36,578 nucleotides of DNA from a virus (lineage: Duplodnaviria > Caudoviricetes), in the IMG/VR virus record IMGVR_UViG_3300021427_000055, positions 1 through 36,578 of that record; one strand, written 5' to 3'. Numbering within the stretch: the first letter of the stretch is position 1; each line of letters starts with the position of its first letter. The notes beneath the pieces are model-generated. The model saw only the letters and a program-made list of their open reading frames with translations. It did no database searches and was not told the DNA's origin. The position numbers were made by a program, and so were the translations under genes. Positions 25,546 to 35,347 of this stretch are shown here, piece after piece.

Positions 25546-26358
25546 TTAAGGATCGACGTTTGTAGATGAGATTTCATAGGTATCTGCATCCAAATATGTA
25601 GCATCTGCATCATCAATCTGGAAAGTAGTAGAATCGGGCATAGTAATATATGCTTCAGATTGATCAACCGCCGACCAAGTACCATCTCCATGATCAATAA
25701 TGATAAGTGCACCAGCATACCCGAACATTTCGGAAAGTTCCTGAACCGTCGGGAAGCTAGGATCACTTACCTCTGTTCCATACAGTGTATTTTCCAATAA
25801 TTCCAAAACTTCAGGAGGTGTCTTTGTTGAATCAATAGAAATATGAACGGTAGGTTTGAATCCAATGAGTTTTGTTGGTGTTCCACTTAAACGCCAAGAA
25901 AATTCAATTGGGGGAAACCCTGAATCATCAGCAGTACCATATACCTGTGAATCCGGATTAGCGAATAAATTATACAATAGATGAATCTTATACCCATAAT
26001 CCGAACCCTCGAGATCATTACTTATCCCGGTTCTATACGAAAGATTAAAACTTTTTGCAGGTTGATCGTGATAAAACAATCCAGGCGCAACACTGGTAAT
26101 TCCATTAACTAAATCAAATTCATCAGGATAGGTAAATGCTGTAAGTTTTCCGGAATACCCTCCCGAAATCAAGTTTTGCAAATACTTGACTCCATCTAGA
26201 TAAAACTCTTTTAATTCTGAGGAAGAATCGTCCTCTACTCCGGTAAGACCATTCCAAGGTACTGCAATTCCTTCATGGAGGTAGAGAACTCCATGATCGA
26301 CGCCGGATTGATAGATTCTTTCGCCCCGTTGATCCCAAACGAGAGGTGTCATTCTCAC
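25546..26358 (-). CDS. Major-tail-protein paralog
   Basis: LVWDQRGERIYQSGVDHGVLY...AFTYPDEF...GYKIHLLY aligns by eye with 26936..27817. Confidence 0.85.
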   Translation of the reverse strand: MRMTPLVWDQRGERIYQSGVDHGVLYLHEGIAVPWNGLTGVEDDSSSELKEFYLDGVKYLQNLISGGYSGKLTAFTYPDEFDLVNGITSVAPGLFYHDQPAKSFNLSYRTGISNDLEGSDYGYKIHLLYNLFANPDSQVYGTADDSGFPPIEFSWRLSGTPTKLIGFKPTVHISIDSTKTPPEVLELLENTLYGTEVSDPSFPTVQELSEMFGYAGALIIIDHGDGTWSAVDQSEAYITMPDSTTFQIDDADATYLDADTYEISSTNVDP

Positions 26359-26361
26359 CTC

Positions 26362-26907
26362 CTATCCGCTAGTACCCAGCTGCGCTTTACGCTGAGCATT
26401 GAGTTCTCGATTACGAGCTGCGAGTTCAGATCGACTCATCTTCTTTGGCTTCGCTTGCTTGATGTTACACACTCGAATCAAAGTAAATAATCTATTAAGA
26501 TGCCAATGTTCACACTCAAATGGAATTTGAAACACCACCATCCAGTAATAGATGAGCTCGGCTGTGATTACATCTCGACTTTGTGGAGCACCAGGAGAAT
26601 CGCTAAACCAAGTAGCTGTCATCTTGGCTTCGATATACGTATTAATCTCCAGGATGTTCTCTTCTGAAAGTTGCGAAAACACATTTTCAGGAACATTGGG
26701 TGTTACTGCCATGCATCGAATGTAATCAATAGTCTCTTCGGTTGTCTTCTCTTCCTTTCCTAAGAAAGGCTTTTCGTGTTTTGACTCCCATTTTGACAGT
26801 GAGACTAGAGAATGCTCTAAATCTAAAGTTGCAGTCTCTCTAGGAATAAATTCCTGAGACTCTTCATCGAACATTTCACCTTCGAGAGCAACAGTAATAG
26901 TAAGCAC
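26362..26907 (-). CDS. Tail assembly chaperone (putative)
   Basis: Directly after the major tail gene. LEHSLVSLSKWES...ITAELIYYWM...WHLNRL. Confidence 0.7.
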   Translation of the reverse strand: MLTITVALEGEMFDEESQEFIPRETATLDLEHSLVSLSKWESKHEKPFLGKEEKTTEETIDYIRCMAVTPNVPENVFSQLSEENILEINTYIEAKMTATWFSDSPGAPQSRDVITAELIYYWMVVFQIPFECEHWHLNRLFTLIRVCNIKQAKPKKMSRSELAARNRELNAQRKAQLGTSG

Positions 26908-26935
26908 CCTCTAGCCTCCTGTCTAATTCCTAACT

Positions 26936-27817
26936 TTAATAGTCGAACGTCCAGTCATCATCACCATCGATGACATAACCGGCAAGAGCATGTGCCGTAA
27001 CATGAGACGTCTGACCAGTAGTCATAGCGGGCTGAGCACCCGGAGTCTTATTGACACCATTAATCTTCCACTGAATACCAGTGACCGACGGGAGAGTAAC
27101 GACATGAGTACCAGCAACATACGTCGGCTGATTAGTCGAGATACCCGTATCGACCACAGTAAGCGTACCAGCGAAGAAGCCAATGACCTCGTCGGGAAGA
27201 GGCAACCGTGCATCATTACCGACGTCTCCGAACAACTCTGCCTCAAGAAGGGCTAGAGCAGCTGGATCGACCAAAGTAGAATCGACCACCAGGAGTGCTG
27301 TCGGCTTTAGATCAGTAACTGGCACGGGAGTAGTTGTGACCTCCCAGCTAAACGTAATAGCCTCCGGTGAATCATTAATAGTGGCATAAGCCTTCTCCGA
27401 AGGAGCTGCCTGAGCACCATAAATCAAATGAAGCTTATAGCCATGATCCGTACCATCGATGTCATTACCGAGACGCGTGCGATAAACAAGACCAAACACC
27501 TTACGACCCTGCTGACCAATCATAACTCCAGGCTCGGGAACTGCAGTACCGTCGCACTGGGCAAATTCGTCAGGGTAGGTGAAGGCCTCAACCGTTGCCC
27601 CGAACTCTTCCGCCGAAATAAGGTTCAGATACTTAATGTTGTCGGCATACTGCGCAGTAGCTTCAGCACCCGAAGGCGACTCAGTAACAGTCGTAAGACC
27701 ATTCCACGCGAAGCCGTCAACATAATCACCATTGGCATCAGGAATATACAGGACTCCATGGTCGACGCCGGTCTCGTACAACCGTTCTCCGACCTGATCC
27801 CATGTAAGAGCTGTCAT
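26936..27817 (-). CDS. Major tail protein
   Basis: LTWDQVGERLYETGVDHGVLY, YADNIKY, AFTYPDEF, SPEAITFSWE, plus a C-terminal beta extension. Confidence 0.9.
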   Translation of the reverse strand: MTALTWDQVGERLYETGVDHGVLYIPDANGDYVDGFAWNGLTTVTESPSGAEATAQYADNIKYLNLISAEEFGATVEAFTYPDEFAQCDGTAVPEPGVMIGQQGRKVFGLVYRTRLGNDIDGTDHGYKLHLIYGAQAAPSEKAYATINDSPEAITFSWEVTTTPVPVTDLKPTALLVVDSTLVDPAALALLEAELFGDVGNDARLPLPDEVIGFFAGTLTVVDTGISTNQPTYVAGTHVVTLPSVTGIQWKINGVNKTPGAQPAMTTGQTSHVTAHALAGYVIDGDDDWTFDY

Positions 27818-27831
27818 TTCCTACCTTTCCT

Positions 27832-28131
27832 TCAGAAGTAGACGTTATATACGTCATGATTCAAATCATCTGCTGTATAAAAGCGATTAAATAGACTCAT
27901 TGGTATTTCGGCCACCTTATCCGGGATTTCGCTATCAGGATCGCGATCAATGACCGTAACCATATACCTTTTTACAAACTTATATGGATGATCATCCGCA
28001 AATAAAGTAGTTGCATAATCCCTTTTATAAATAATACACGGATATTGTAGTTGCACATTAACTGGTGGCTGAAAATATACATGCTCTGTAAAAGTTTCAA
28101 GGAGTTGGTGCAGGTCCAACCGTGGGGCCAT
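27832..28131 (-). CDS. Tail terminator
   Basis: HVYFQPP...YPCIIY motif, positioned before the major tail gene. Confidence 0.75.
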   Translation of the reverse strand: MAPRLDLHQLLETFTEHVYFQPPVNVQLQYPCIIYKRDYATTLFADDHPYKFVKRYMVTVIDRDPDSEIPDKVAEIPMSLFNRFYTADDLNHDVYNVYF

Positions 28132-28441
28132 TATACACCTCCCCCAATCTCAGCAGAAGACGGGGGCTTTGCACTTCGACGCTGGAAACCGTCCACAAAA
28201 CCCCCGCCCATTCCACATAACGAATGGCATGGAAATGATCATTAGCATATGCATCAGCCACAATACTAATTGCGTTTTGCACACTGAGATCGGGATTAAG
28301 ATTCTCTCCTTCACGGAGATTTCTAGTATTTCGAATAACTTCTCCGTAATATGATTTCTCGACTATGATTTCTACAAATACTCCAGGTGCAGCTTCACTA
28401 GATTGTTCGGCATATCCAACACGACCATAGAACCTTGCCAT
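28097..28441 (-). CDS. Head-to-tail stopper
   Basis: Position after the capsid gene and size. Motif ISIVADAYA...IRYVEWAG..W.V..VEV..PRL. Confidence 0.7.
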   Translation of the reverse strand: MARFYGRVGYAEQSSEAAPGVFVEIIVEKSYYGEVIRNTRNLREGENLNPDLSVQNAISIVADAYANDHFHAIRYVEWAGVLWTVSSVEVQSPRLLLRLGEVYNGPTVGPAPTP

Positions 28442-28453
28442 AAGAGACCTACC

Positions 28454-30430
28454 TTACGCCGTATACTCGAACGTCCACTCGTCTTCCTGGTCGGTGGTGA
28501 AGTAGTAACCAGCCGTCGGTACAGCTTCGACCGTGAACTCAGGCACAGTAACTGCATCCAGAGTAACAGTTGCAGCCATCTGCGTACCGGTTGCCTTATT
28601 GTTGTACTGAACACCAGTAGTGGTCGGTCGCGTGATCACGTTAGCCGCGACTGAAGGCTGTACCGGAGTCGCAAGCGTACCACCAGTAGAAGCTCTGCGA
28701 ATAACCAGAGCCGAACGGATCTTCGTCAGAGCGCCCGAAACACGGGTCTCCAAGAGATACTTGTACTGGTTATAATCGATATCGAAGTCATCGAAGAAAT
28801 TGACGTCTCCACCCTTATCGGCACCAATCGTATAGTCCTTCAAATTCACGACGATACCAAGCAGATTCGGCTCACCCTCCATAACTTCGACTGTCACGAT
28901 ATTGGAAACACCCATCTCCGAGGCAAGCTCAGAAGTAGTTCTCCAAAGACGATGCCCATCGTTATCCCGGAAAACCAACAACGACGAAAGGAAAGGAAGC
29001 GTGGTATAGAATGTTGGAGAACCAGAACCCTTGTAGTATCCCATATTTGCAACAAAGGCATCAACAACTTCATCTGGAGTAGCTGAATCATCAACCGTGA
29101 TAGTTGCTACATATAGATCATGGTCGTTCATAATAGAACGAATGCCCGCACCTTCGGGAGCTCCGGCCGGGTCCTTGATCTTGTCGTCATCAGAGACATC
29201 ACGACCATCGCCAATGAGTACCGCGCGCGCGAGCTCCTCGTCCAGCATCAGACGCATCTCAGCCTTAAGCCAAGCCACGACATCGAAGTCCGTAATATCG
29301 ATGATATCATCACGATCAAGCTTCTGCTTCTTATAGACCGTGCTGGGCGAGGTTGAACGCGTCGACACACCGAAGAACTCTTCTTTCTTCAGATTTCCCT
29401 TGATGTAACCCAAAGCACGGGCCTCATCGAAGGTAATATCAGCAACGATAGACTTGATGCGAGAGAACGGCGAATGCCTAGTACCATTAATGACACCCGA
29501 AACCCACTCAACTCGCCTCTGATCAAACTCAGGAGTACTAGTAAGAGTGCGAGCATCCGGGAAGAGAACCTCGATGTTATCGATGCCATGCTGAAGCGCA
29601 TAAGCCTCAACCGCGTCCTTCAGTGAGCCCATCTTCTGAGCATCGGCAACGATTCCCTTAATAGCATCATGCGTAAGGGTGTGCTTCTCTTCCTTCTTGC
29701 CTTCGCGCTCCTTCTCCTCGAAGACATTACGGGTCATGCGCCGTCCTTCCTCTTTATCTTCATGGGTAAGATCCGATTCAGATTTCCCGTCAGCCTGCTC
29801 GAGCTCCTTCTTCCTTTCAGCGAGCGCAGTACCAACCATGTAATGAACAACTTCCTTCTGTTCATCACTCATCGAATCGTAAACTTCTTGAATAGTTGGA
29901 TCATCTTCGGCGTGCTCAACTTCCTTCTTCTCTTCTTCCTTTGAAGAGTCTTCATCGCCGTGATGAAGTTCCAAACCGGTGTAAATGATGGCTTCATCTT
30001 CCAACGTAACCATATCGCCATCACCATGCGCCAAAGTAATGTTGTCAATCAGCGCGCCAGGGTTAGCGCCCGACAAGACCAAGCTGACTTCACGAATAAA
30101 TCCGTGAAGAACCTTCTTACCCTTCTCGGTGAGCTGATTGGCATAGATCGACAACGACTTGATGTCACCATGATTCACCAACGTCCGAGCGTGCTTAGCT
30201 GCATCGGTATCGTTGAAGAAACCATATGTGTAAACGCCATCTTCACGATTCTCAAGAATAGCATGACCAAGCACATTGCTGGGCTCACTATGAGTGTGCT
30301 GCCAGACAAGCGGAACGGTTAGAGTATCCTGATGCTTGAAGGCATCTGGCATGATCGTCCGGCCATCGGAACACTCAAGCCCAGCTTTGGTGGCATAGCC
30401 GCTGAAATCAGGCTTAGCCTTTTCTCCCAT
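28454..30430 (-). CDS. Fused capsid maturation protease and major capsid protein (HK97 type)
   Basis: N-terminal protease (FSGYAT, PLVWQH, VLGH, SLSI, REVSLVLSGANPGA), charged scaffold-like linker, capsid domain (EELARAVLIGDG, FDIDYNQYKYLLETR). Confidence 0.92.
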   Translation of the reverse strand: MGEKAKPDFSGYATKAGLECSDGRTIMPDAFKHQDTLTVPLVWQHTHSEPSNVLGHAILENREDGVYTYGFFNDTDAAKHARTLVNHGDIKSLSIYANQLTEKGKKVLHGFIREVSLVLSGANPGALIDNITLAHGDGDMVTLEDEAIIYTGLELHHGDEDSSKEEEKKEVEHAEDDPTIQEVYDSMSDEQKEVVHYMVGTALAERKKELEQADGKSESDLTHEDKEEGRRMTRNVFEEKEREGKKEEKHTLTHDAIKGIVADAQKMGSLKDAVEAYALQHGIDNIEVLFPDARTLTSTPEFDQRRVEWVSGVINGTRHSPFSRIKSIVADITFDEARALGYIKGNLKKEEFFGVSTRSTSPSTVYKKQKLDRDDIIDITDFDVVAWLKAEMRLMLDEELARAVLIGDGRDVSDDDKIKDPAGAPEGAGIRSIMNDHDLYVATITVDDSATPDEVVDAFVANMGYYKGSGSPTFYTTLPFLSSLLVFRDNDGHRLWRTTSELASEMGVSNIVTVEVMEGEPNLLGIVVNLKDYTIGADKGGDVNFFDDFDIDYNQYKYLLETRVSGALTKIRSALVIRRASTGGTLATPVQPSVAANVITRPTTTGVQYNNKATGTQMAATVTLDAVTVPEFTVEAVPTAGYYFTTDQEDEWTFEYTA

Positions 30431-30456
30431 TTTGACTTCCTTCCTTAAATCTTAGA

Positions 30457-31725
30457 TCATCGGCCATTTGATACCCTCGGCACCAATGGAGGAACCGCCG
30501 GAACTTCTTCACTAGAACCGTTTGTAAGTCTAACTGCCATCTTACCTTCGGCAGGCATATTGCTGTTAACTAACTTGTCGGCCTTTGGATCCTTGTGAGG
30601 AGCCATACCAACAACCTGCCGAATTTCATTAGATGTCAGAATTTCGTTACGGGTAAACTTGTCCGCAATCTCTGCAATGTTCTCAATTGGTACCAAACGG
30701 AATGGATCTCTAAAGAATAGAACCGTTTGCTTTTGAGTCCGAGCAGTTTTAGTCAAGAAGGTGCGTCGCATAGCTTCAACAACCGCGGTAAGAATCGGTT
30801 CAACTGTACGATTCCAATAATTCAACATAGCCTTTTCATCAGCCGTTCCATTCATAACCTCTTCGGTTAGGCCCAGCTGACCATAAAGCATCTCGGTTAG
30901 GAACTCAATTTGGCCCATAAGATTATTCTCGGCCGGTCGATTTAGCTGAGTAATCTTTTCGGTCCCATCAGTATACGCGATGCCGTATTGACTACCCTTA
31001 AGTTGAAACTCAATATCTGCACGACGTTGTTCTGCCTGTTGTCTACGAGCTTCTGACTTAATTACGTATGGAAGCTGAATGATAATATCTAATTTACCAG
31101 AAGCAGATGCTTCATCAATAGCATCCAACAAATTAAGCTTATGAAGTAGACGCTGCAATGTTGAATTCGGTTCATTCATAACTGCATACAACGGATTCTC
31201 AACAATAGCTACAGCCGACTTCTTCAAAGTAATTTCTTCACGTCGGCCAACCGCTTCGTTATATAAACTTACTCGTACATACTGTGGATACCACGCTACA
31301 ATCTCACCAACACGAAGCGTTAAGATATCGAATCCACCGAGCTCTGGATTAAGTGTTGTATCGACGGGAACAAGTGCCGCAACGCCTCTATCAAAAAGAG
31401 TCATAGCTACATCCTGCCGAAAAGCGCGCGCAGCTTGATCGAGATTAGCTTCGACCGTCAAACAATTATTCAGGCCGCTTTCGATATCTTCAAGGTATCG
31501 TTTCTGATCATCCGTTCGTACATGACGCATATCAACCGAAGCAACATCAATACTAAGACGTGTATAAATTGAAGAAATAAGGGATCGTTCATTAGGAATT
31601 CGGAGCCTTACGCGATCTGGTCTTCCTCCGTAATTTGGATCACCGTACTGAGAGAAAGCACGTCTATTTTCCAAATTTGCGAATAAATTCCAGGCATGTT
31701 TTAACGTCGTACCAAATCGCGACAC
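30457..31725 (-). CDS. Portal protein
   Basis: 422 aa between TerL and capsid, with LTSNEIRQVVG near the C-terminus (HK97-type). Confidence 0.9.
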   Translation of the reverse strand: MSRFGTTLKHAWNLFANLENRRAFSQYGDPNYGGRPDRVRLRIPNERSLISSIYTRLSIDVASVDMRHVRTDDQKRYLEDIESGLNNCLTVEANLDQAARAFRQDVAMTLFDRGVAALVPVDTTLNPELGGFDILTLRVGEIVAWYPQYVRVSLYNEAVGRREEITLKKSAVAIVENPLYAVMNEPNSTLQRLLHKLNLLDAIDEASASGKLDIIIQLPYVIKSEARRQQAEQRRADIEFQLKGSQYGIAYTDGTEKITQLNRPAENNLMGQIEFLTEMLYGQLGLTEEVMNGTADEKAMLNYWNRTVEPILTAVVEAMRRTFLTKTARTQKQTVLFFRDPFRLVPIENIAEIADKFTRNEILTSNEIRQVVGMAPHKDPKADKLVNSNMPAEGKMAVRLTNGSSEEVPAVPPLVPRVSNGR

Positions 31726-31744
31726 ATTACACCTCCCTTCCTAG

Positions 31745-31861
31745 TTAATTCAATAGATTTTGATCCCAGCCGGTAAAATAGGCAAGGATAATAAAAACCG
31801 CAATAACAAGTAGCGTCGCTTCAGTTAAAGTAATCGAAGCTCTTTTAGGTGGAACACTCAT
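31745..31861 (-). CDS. Small TM peptide (38 aa)
   Basis: Manual translation MSVPPKRASITLTEATLLVIAVFIILAYFTGWDQNLLN. TAATG coupling to the TerL stop. Confidence 0.6.
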   Translation of the reverse strand: MSVPPKRASITLTEATLLVIAVFIILAYFTGWDQNLLN

Positions 31862-33606
31862 TATTCAAAAGCCTCCTTGTTCAGCTTGTATGCAACCCAA
31901 GCATCCAAAAGCGCAGAAACATTATCAATCTTTTCATCTTGGCGCCTCTTTAGAAGCTTTCGATTTCCATTAGTATCTTCTAGCGTAATTGCATTTCCCA
32001 TGGCAAAAGACATGAGTGATTGATCAAATATAAGAAGTCTTTCTTCACTCATAATCTTGATTTCGCCTAACGGCACCGATTCTGTTTTTGCACCTTGAAT
32101 AACCTTCTCAATACCGAAAGGTCCGTTTTCACCTTCCCAACGAGCAACGAATTCTTTAGCATTGTACGGATCATACCCGAGCGCGCGAACATCGAACTCA
32201 GAAGTCTGGATGAATCTGTCTAGATCCTCATATACCTCCATAATATCTAGAATATTCCCATCCATGACATGAAGACTTCCTTCATTGATAAACTCATCAT
32301 ACTTTTGACGCATGGCTGCAGGAAGCTTCATTAATGTTAATTCTGTAATATAGCTCCGAGTCTTTACTCCGTACTTTTCTCTACCTAGAGGGAATAGAAA
32401 CGTGAATGCACAAAAATCGTCGCCCTGCGAAAGGTCCGCGCCGAGAGAGCAAGCCATCTGCCAGAATTCACGAGCCCGATGAACCAGAGTTTCTTCGTAA
32501 GTAAAGAAATAAGTGTAACCCTCCATCGGAATCCCAAAACGCTTCGCAAGGATGTCGTTGCGTGAGGCTGGAGCTTTCTCAGCACGCTCCACATCAAGCT
32601 GATAAGTTTCATAAGAGACCGTTGCTCCTAAATTTGGATTAGCTTTGACCCACATTGCGGGATCTGCAACTTCCTCGATTTCATCTAGCTTGTAATGCCA
32701 GATTGAAATATGAGGCGCATAGTATTCACCTTTAAGAATATCTGCAAGCTCCATCTTAATTGTATCACCAGAACCAGCTCGAACTGTTCCTTCAGAACTG
32801 ATAGCTACAATTAAGAAATCTTCAAGCTTTGAAGCGCCTTGCTCAACTGCTCCGACAACATCTTCTCGTAGATCTCCCGATAGCCATTCATCGATTGTAG
32901 AGATTTTAGGACGGAGTCCCTGTAGTTTGTTAATGGCCATTGGACGGATCTCAAGGATTGAGCCAGTAAGAAAGTTCTCGATACCTTTCTTTGTAGAAGC
33001 CAATTTGACACGATTAGCTCTCGATCCTGTTGTATTTTGCAGGGATCCTTCGGTAAGGAACTTAAATAATGGCCCGCGCGAGCGCGTGATGGAAGTTCGA
33101 AATGGAGATAAAACCTCTTCGGCTTGCTTCATTGTTGGAGCAGTATTGATCTGATGCGTAGTTGATACATCCACATTTAGAAAATAACTGTGAATCAAAA
33201 ACGCATACATCGATTTAGCTGCTCCACGAGCAACTATTAGATATTGTTTAAGAATGAGCCGCTTTTTAATCAGTCGTTTCTCATAGTGTCCTCCACGATT
33301 ATCTTTGCTCGGGACATAGACTGACCGCTCGACGAAGTAATACCAACCAAAGATCTGTTCCGCCCAAAGTTTGAATGAATCAAGAAGATGAAGATCTGAT
33401 CCATCAGTTAATGTTAATTCTCCTTCACAATAACGAATAAATCCTTCAACTGCTTGATCATCATAATACATGTTAGGGTTAGCGATGAGCGAATCGATCC
33501 GATTCATCTCCTGGGAGATTTCACGGTTTACAGGAATCTCACCTCGAAGAACTGCCTCACGAAACCGACCGTAATAAATCGGTGTCGTTGTATTAGACAG
33601 GCCCAC
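31861..33606 (-). CDS. terL: Terminase large subunit
   Basis: Walker A variant VARGAAKS, Walker B STIDEW, ANPNLG, nuclease GADLS, GYDPYNA, KIDNVSA. Confidence 0.95.
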   Translation of the reverse strand: MGLSNTTTPIYYGRFREAVLRGEIPVNREISQEMNRIDSLIANPNMYYDDQAVEGFIRYCEGELTLTDGSDLHLLDSFKLWAEQIFGWYYFVERSVYVPSKDNRGGHYEKRLIKKRLILKQYLIVARGAAKSMYAFLIHSYFLNVDVSTTHQINTAPTMKQAEEVLSPFRTSITRSRGPLFKFLTEGSLQNTTGSRANRVKLASTKKGIENFLTGSILEIRPMAINKLQGLRPKISTIDEWLSGDLREDVVGAVEQGASKLEDFLIVAISSEGTVRAGSGDTIKMELADILKGEYYAPHISIWHYKLDEIEEVADPAMWVKANPNLGATVSYETYQLDVERAEKAPASRNDILAKRFGIPMEGYTYFFTYEETLVHRAREFWQMACSLGADLSQGDDFCAFTFLFPLGREKYGVKTRSYITELTLMKLPAAMRQKYDEFINEGSLHVMDGNILDIMEVYEDLDRFIQTSEFDVRALGYDPYNAKEFVARWEGENGPFGIEKVIQGAKTESVPLGEIKIMSEERLLIFDQSLMSFAMGNAITLEDTNGNRKLLKRRQDEKIDNVSALLDAWVAYKLNKEAFE

Positions 33607-33620
33607 GCTAACCCTCCTCT

Positions 33621-34061
33621 CTAAGCGGCAGCAGCAGCTGCGGCGCTAGCTTTAATAGCTTTGCCTATCCTCTTTCTAGTTTCATTACCAGCTTCATCTG
33701 GAGCTCTACCTCCACGCTGACCAAGAAGACCGGCAACAAATTTCTGAGCAGCATTCTTTTCGTTATACTCAAGGCGCTTTACATTCTGTTCAAGCTGCAA
33801 TCGCCTCGAATAATCATTGAGCTCATTATCAGAAAGAGCTTTGAGTCCACTTTTCTTTCCAACTCGTCCGAGTGAACGAGCACGAACTGCATCGGGGCTC
33901 GCCGGACGCCCTTGACCACCAGAGATCTTGAGCTTCTTTCTTTTATCACTAACAACAATTTCTCGTGGCCCAACCGTAGCTTTGCGACGAACGCCCCAAC
34001 GCATTCCTTTCACACCGAAGTGTTCAAGAATGTTTTTTACAACTGCCTCGGAGGCGTCCAT
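33621..34061 (-). CDS. Conserved basic protein with HFGVKGMRWGVRR motif
   Basis: LEHFGVKGMRWGVRR and LSDNEL...RLQLE motifs, common in head modules of this phage group. Confidence 0.8.
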   Translation of the reverse strand: MDASEAVVKNILEHFGVKGMRWGVRRKATVGPREIVVSDKRKKLKISGGQGRPASPDAVRARSLGRVGKKSGLKALSDNELNDYSRRLQLEQNVKRLEYNEKNAAQKFVAGLLGQRGGRAPDEAGNETRKRIGKAIKASAAAAAAA

Positions 34062-34069
34062 TCTACCTC

Positions 34070-34282
34070 CTATTCCTTCTCTGGCTTCTCTGGCTTCTCT
34101 GCTTCAGACTGAGGCTCCTCTTCTGGTGCAGAAATATGACCTAGTCGGATCTGTCGCTCTCTAATCTGAGCAACCTTCTCGGCCTGCTTTCGATCATACT
34201 CATCCTGAGCACTTTCTCTCTCTACACCATCACTTCCACTATTCTGCCAAGCAGACAGAAGTTCTACATTTGCAACTCCCAC
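34070..34282 (-). CDS. Hypothetical protein (70 aa)
   Basis: GTG start with AGGAGG RBS, charged, ending EKPEKPEKE. Confidence 0.7.
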   Translation of the reverse strand: MGVANVELLSAWQNSGSDGVERESAQDEYDRKQAEKVAQIRERQIRLGHISAPEEEPQSEAEKPEKPEKE

Positions 34283-34291
34283 AGCAACCTC

Positions 34292-34681
34292 CTAAGCAGC
34301 TTCATCCGGGAGGAGAACGGGTGGATCTGGATCGACCCAACCCGTCTCTTCCCGATGGACATTCAGACGCCACTCGAGCTCTTCGATCTGCTTCTGCTGT
34401 GCCGCAATAAGATACGACGTCGAGGGCGGATCGAAAAGCATCCGAACCTTAAGATATACATAGGACTTGACTGCGTTGAACTGATGATCGTCGGGATCGA
34501 CGAAGTCTTCCCACTCATCACCAGCATCTTCGACAGTAAAACCTTCGGTGGGTCCAACCCCCAGCTGGGTGAGTGTAGAAAGTGCGGTATTAATATGCAT
34601 AGTAACGTCTACATCAAATACTGTATAATCTTCGGCAATACCCAAAACCTTCTTAGTACTATTAAGAATACTAGGTTCCAT
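34292..34681 (-). CDS. Putative head-to-tail adaptor
   Basis: SILNSTKKVLG...FD.D..MHIN...LTQLGVGP...LFDPP...ELEWRL, a helical connector-like pattern. Confidence 0.6.
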   Translation of the reverse strand: MEPSILNSTKKVLGIAEDYTVFDVDVTMHINTALSTLTQLGVGPTEGFTVEDAGDEWEDFVDPDDHQFNAVKSYVYLKVRMLFDPPSTSYLIAAQQKQIEELEWRLNVHREETGWVDPDPPVLLPDEAA

Positions 34682-34707
34682 TTATCTCACCCATCTTTCT
34701 TTCTAAA

Positions 34708-34938
34708 TTATGCTGCTGAATCTTCAGACGGTCCGGGTGGAGTAGTATCCGGAGCTGGCACAGGAGGAGAATCTGGAGCTACCTCAGCGTCATCACTCTC
34801 AGCATTATCCACCGTCTCGTCCGCATCGGCTTCTTCCTGAGGCATAGTATCTTCATCAGCAACAGGTTCCTCATCGGGAACCTCTACTTCTGACTCATCA
34901 GGAAGACCAACCGGTGTTTCTGCTTCATGTTCAGTCAT
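34708..34938 (-). CDS. Acidic/Pro-rich low-complexity protein (76 aa)
   Basis: GGAGGGG RBS. Rich in E/D/P with no K or R. Confidence 0.7.
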   Translation of the reverse strand: MTEHEAETPVGLPDESEVEVPDEEPVADEDTMPQEEADADETVDNAESDDAEVAPDSPPVPAPDTTPPGPSEDSAA

Positions 34939-34939
34939 G

Positions 34940-35347
34940 TTATCCCCTCCAATTAGCTTGATAATCCCGAGTATCGATGTGCACGAACGTACGATACAAT
35001 CCTAGTCCACCTCTGCCACCACGCTTAGTCTTGCGTAGCCAATTAAGCGTAGCATGCCACTGCGCAGGAGTTCCTCGCGCGCACGTAATATCTGCCGCAT
35101 GATCGTTACCATCGTGAATTGTATAAACGTGATAACTCTTACTAGCGCCACCAATTCTTCTATTATGCTCTACACTTCGAAAACCAGAATTGATTGTAAC
35201 ACGTCCATACTTAGCTCGCAATGGTTCTAAATACGTTCGACACAAATAACCCAAACCATTGTAATGACGAGCTCCCACCTTGGAACCATCTCTACAATCA
35301 AATTCCTCTACAACAAAGTTCTTACTCAATCGTTGACGAGTCGCCAT
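34940..35347 (-). CDS. Endolysin, peptidase M15 family
   Basis: EFDCRDG, INSGFRS..HN..IGGA..SYH, AADI, FVHID (Zn ligands H-D-H). Confidence 0.88.
   Translation of the reverse strand: MATRQRLSKNFVVEEFDCRDGSKVGARHYNGLGYLCRTYLEPLRAKYGRVTINSGFRSVEHNRRIGGASKSYHVYTIHDGNDHAADITCARGTPAQWHATLNWLRKTKRGGRGGLGLYRTFVHIDTRDYQANWRG

Noticed and set aside
26358-26907. Programmed frameshift in the tail assembly chaperone
   Set aside because: No overlapping second chaperone frame or convincing slippery site was seen, and the next gene has its own RBS.
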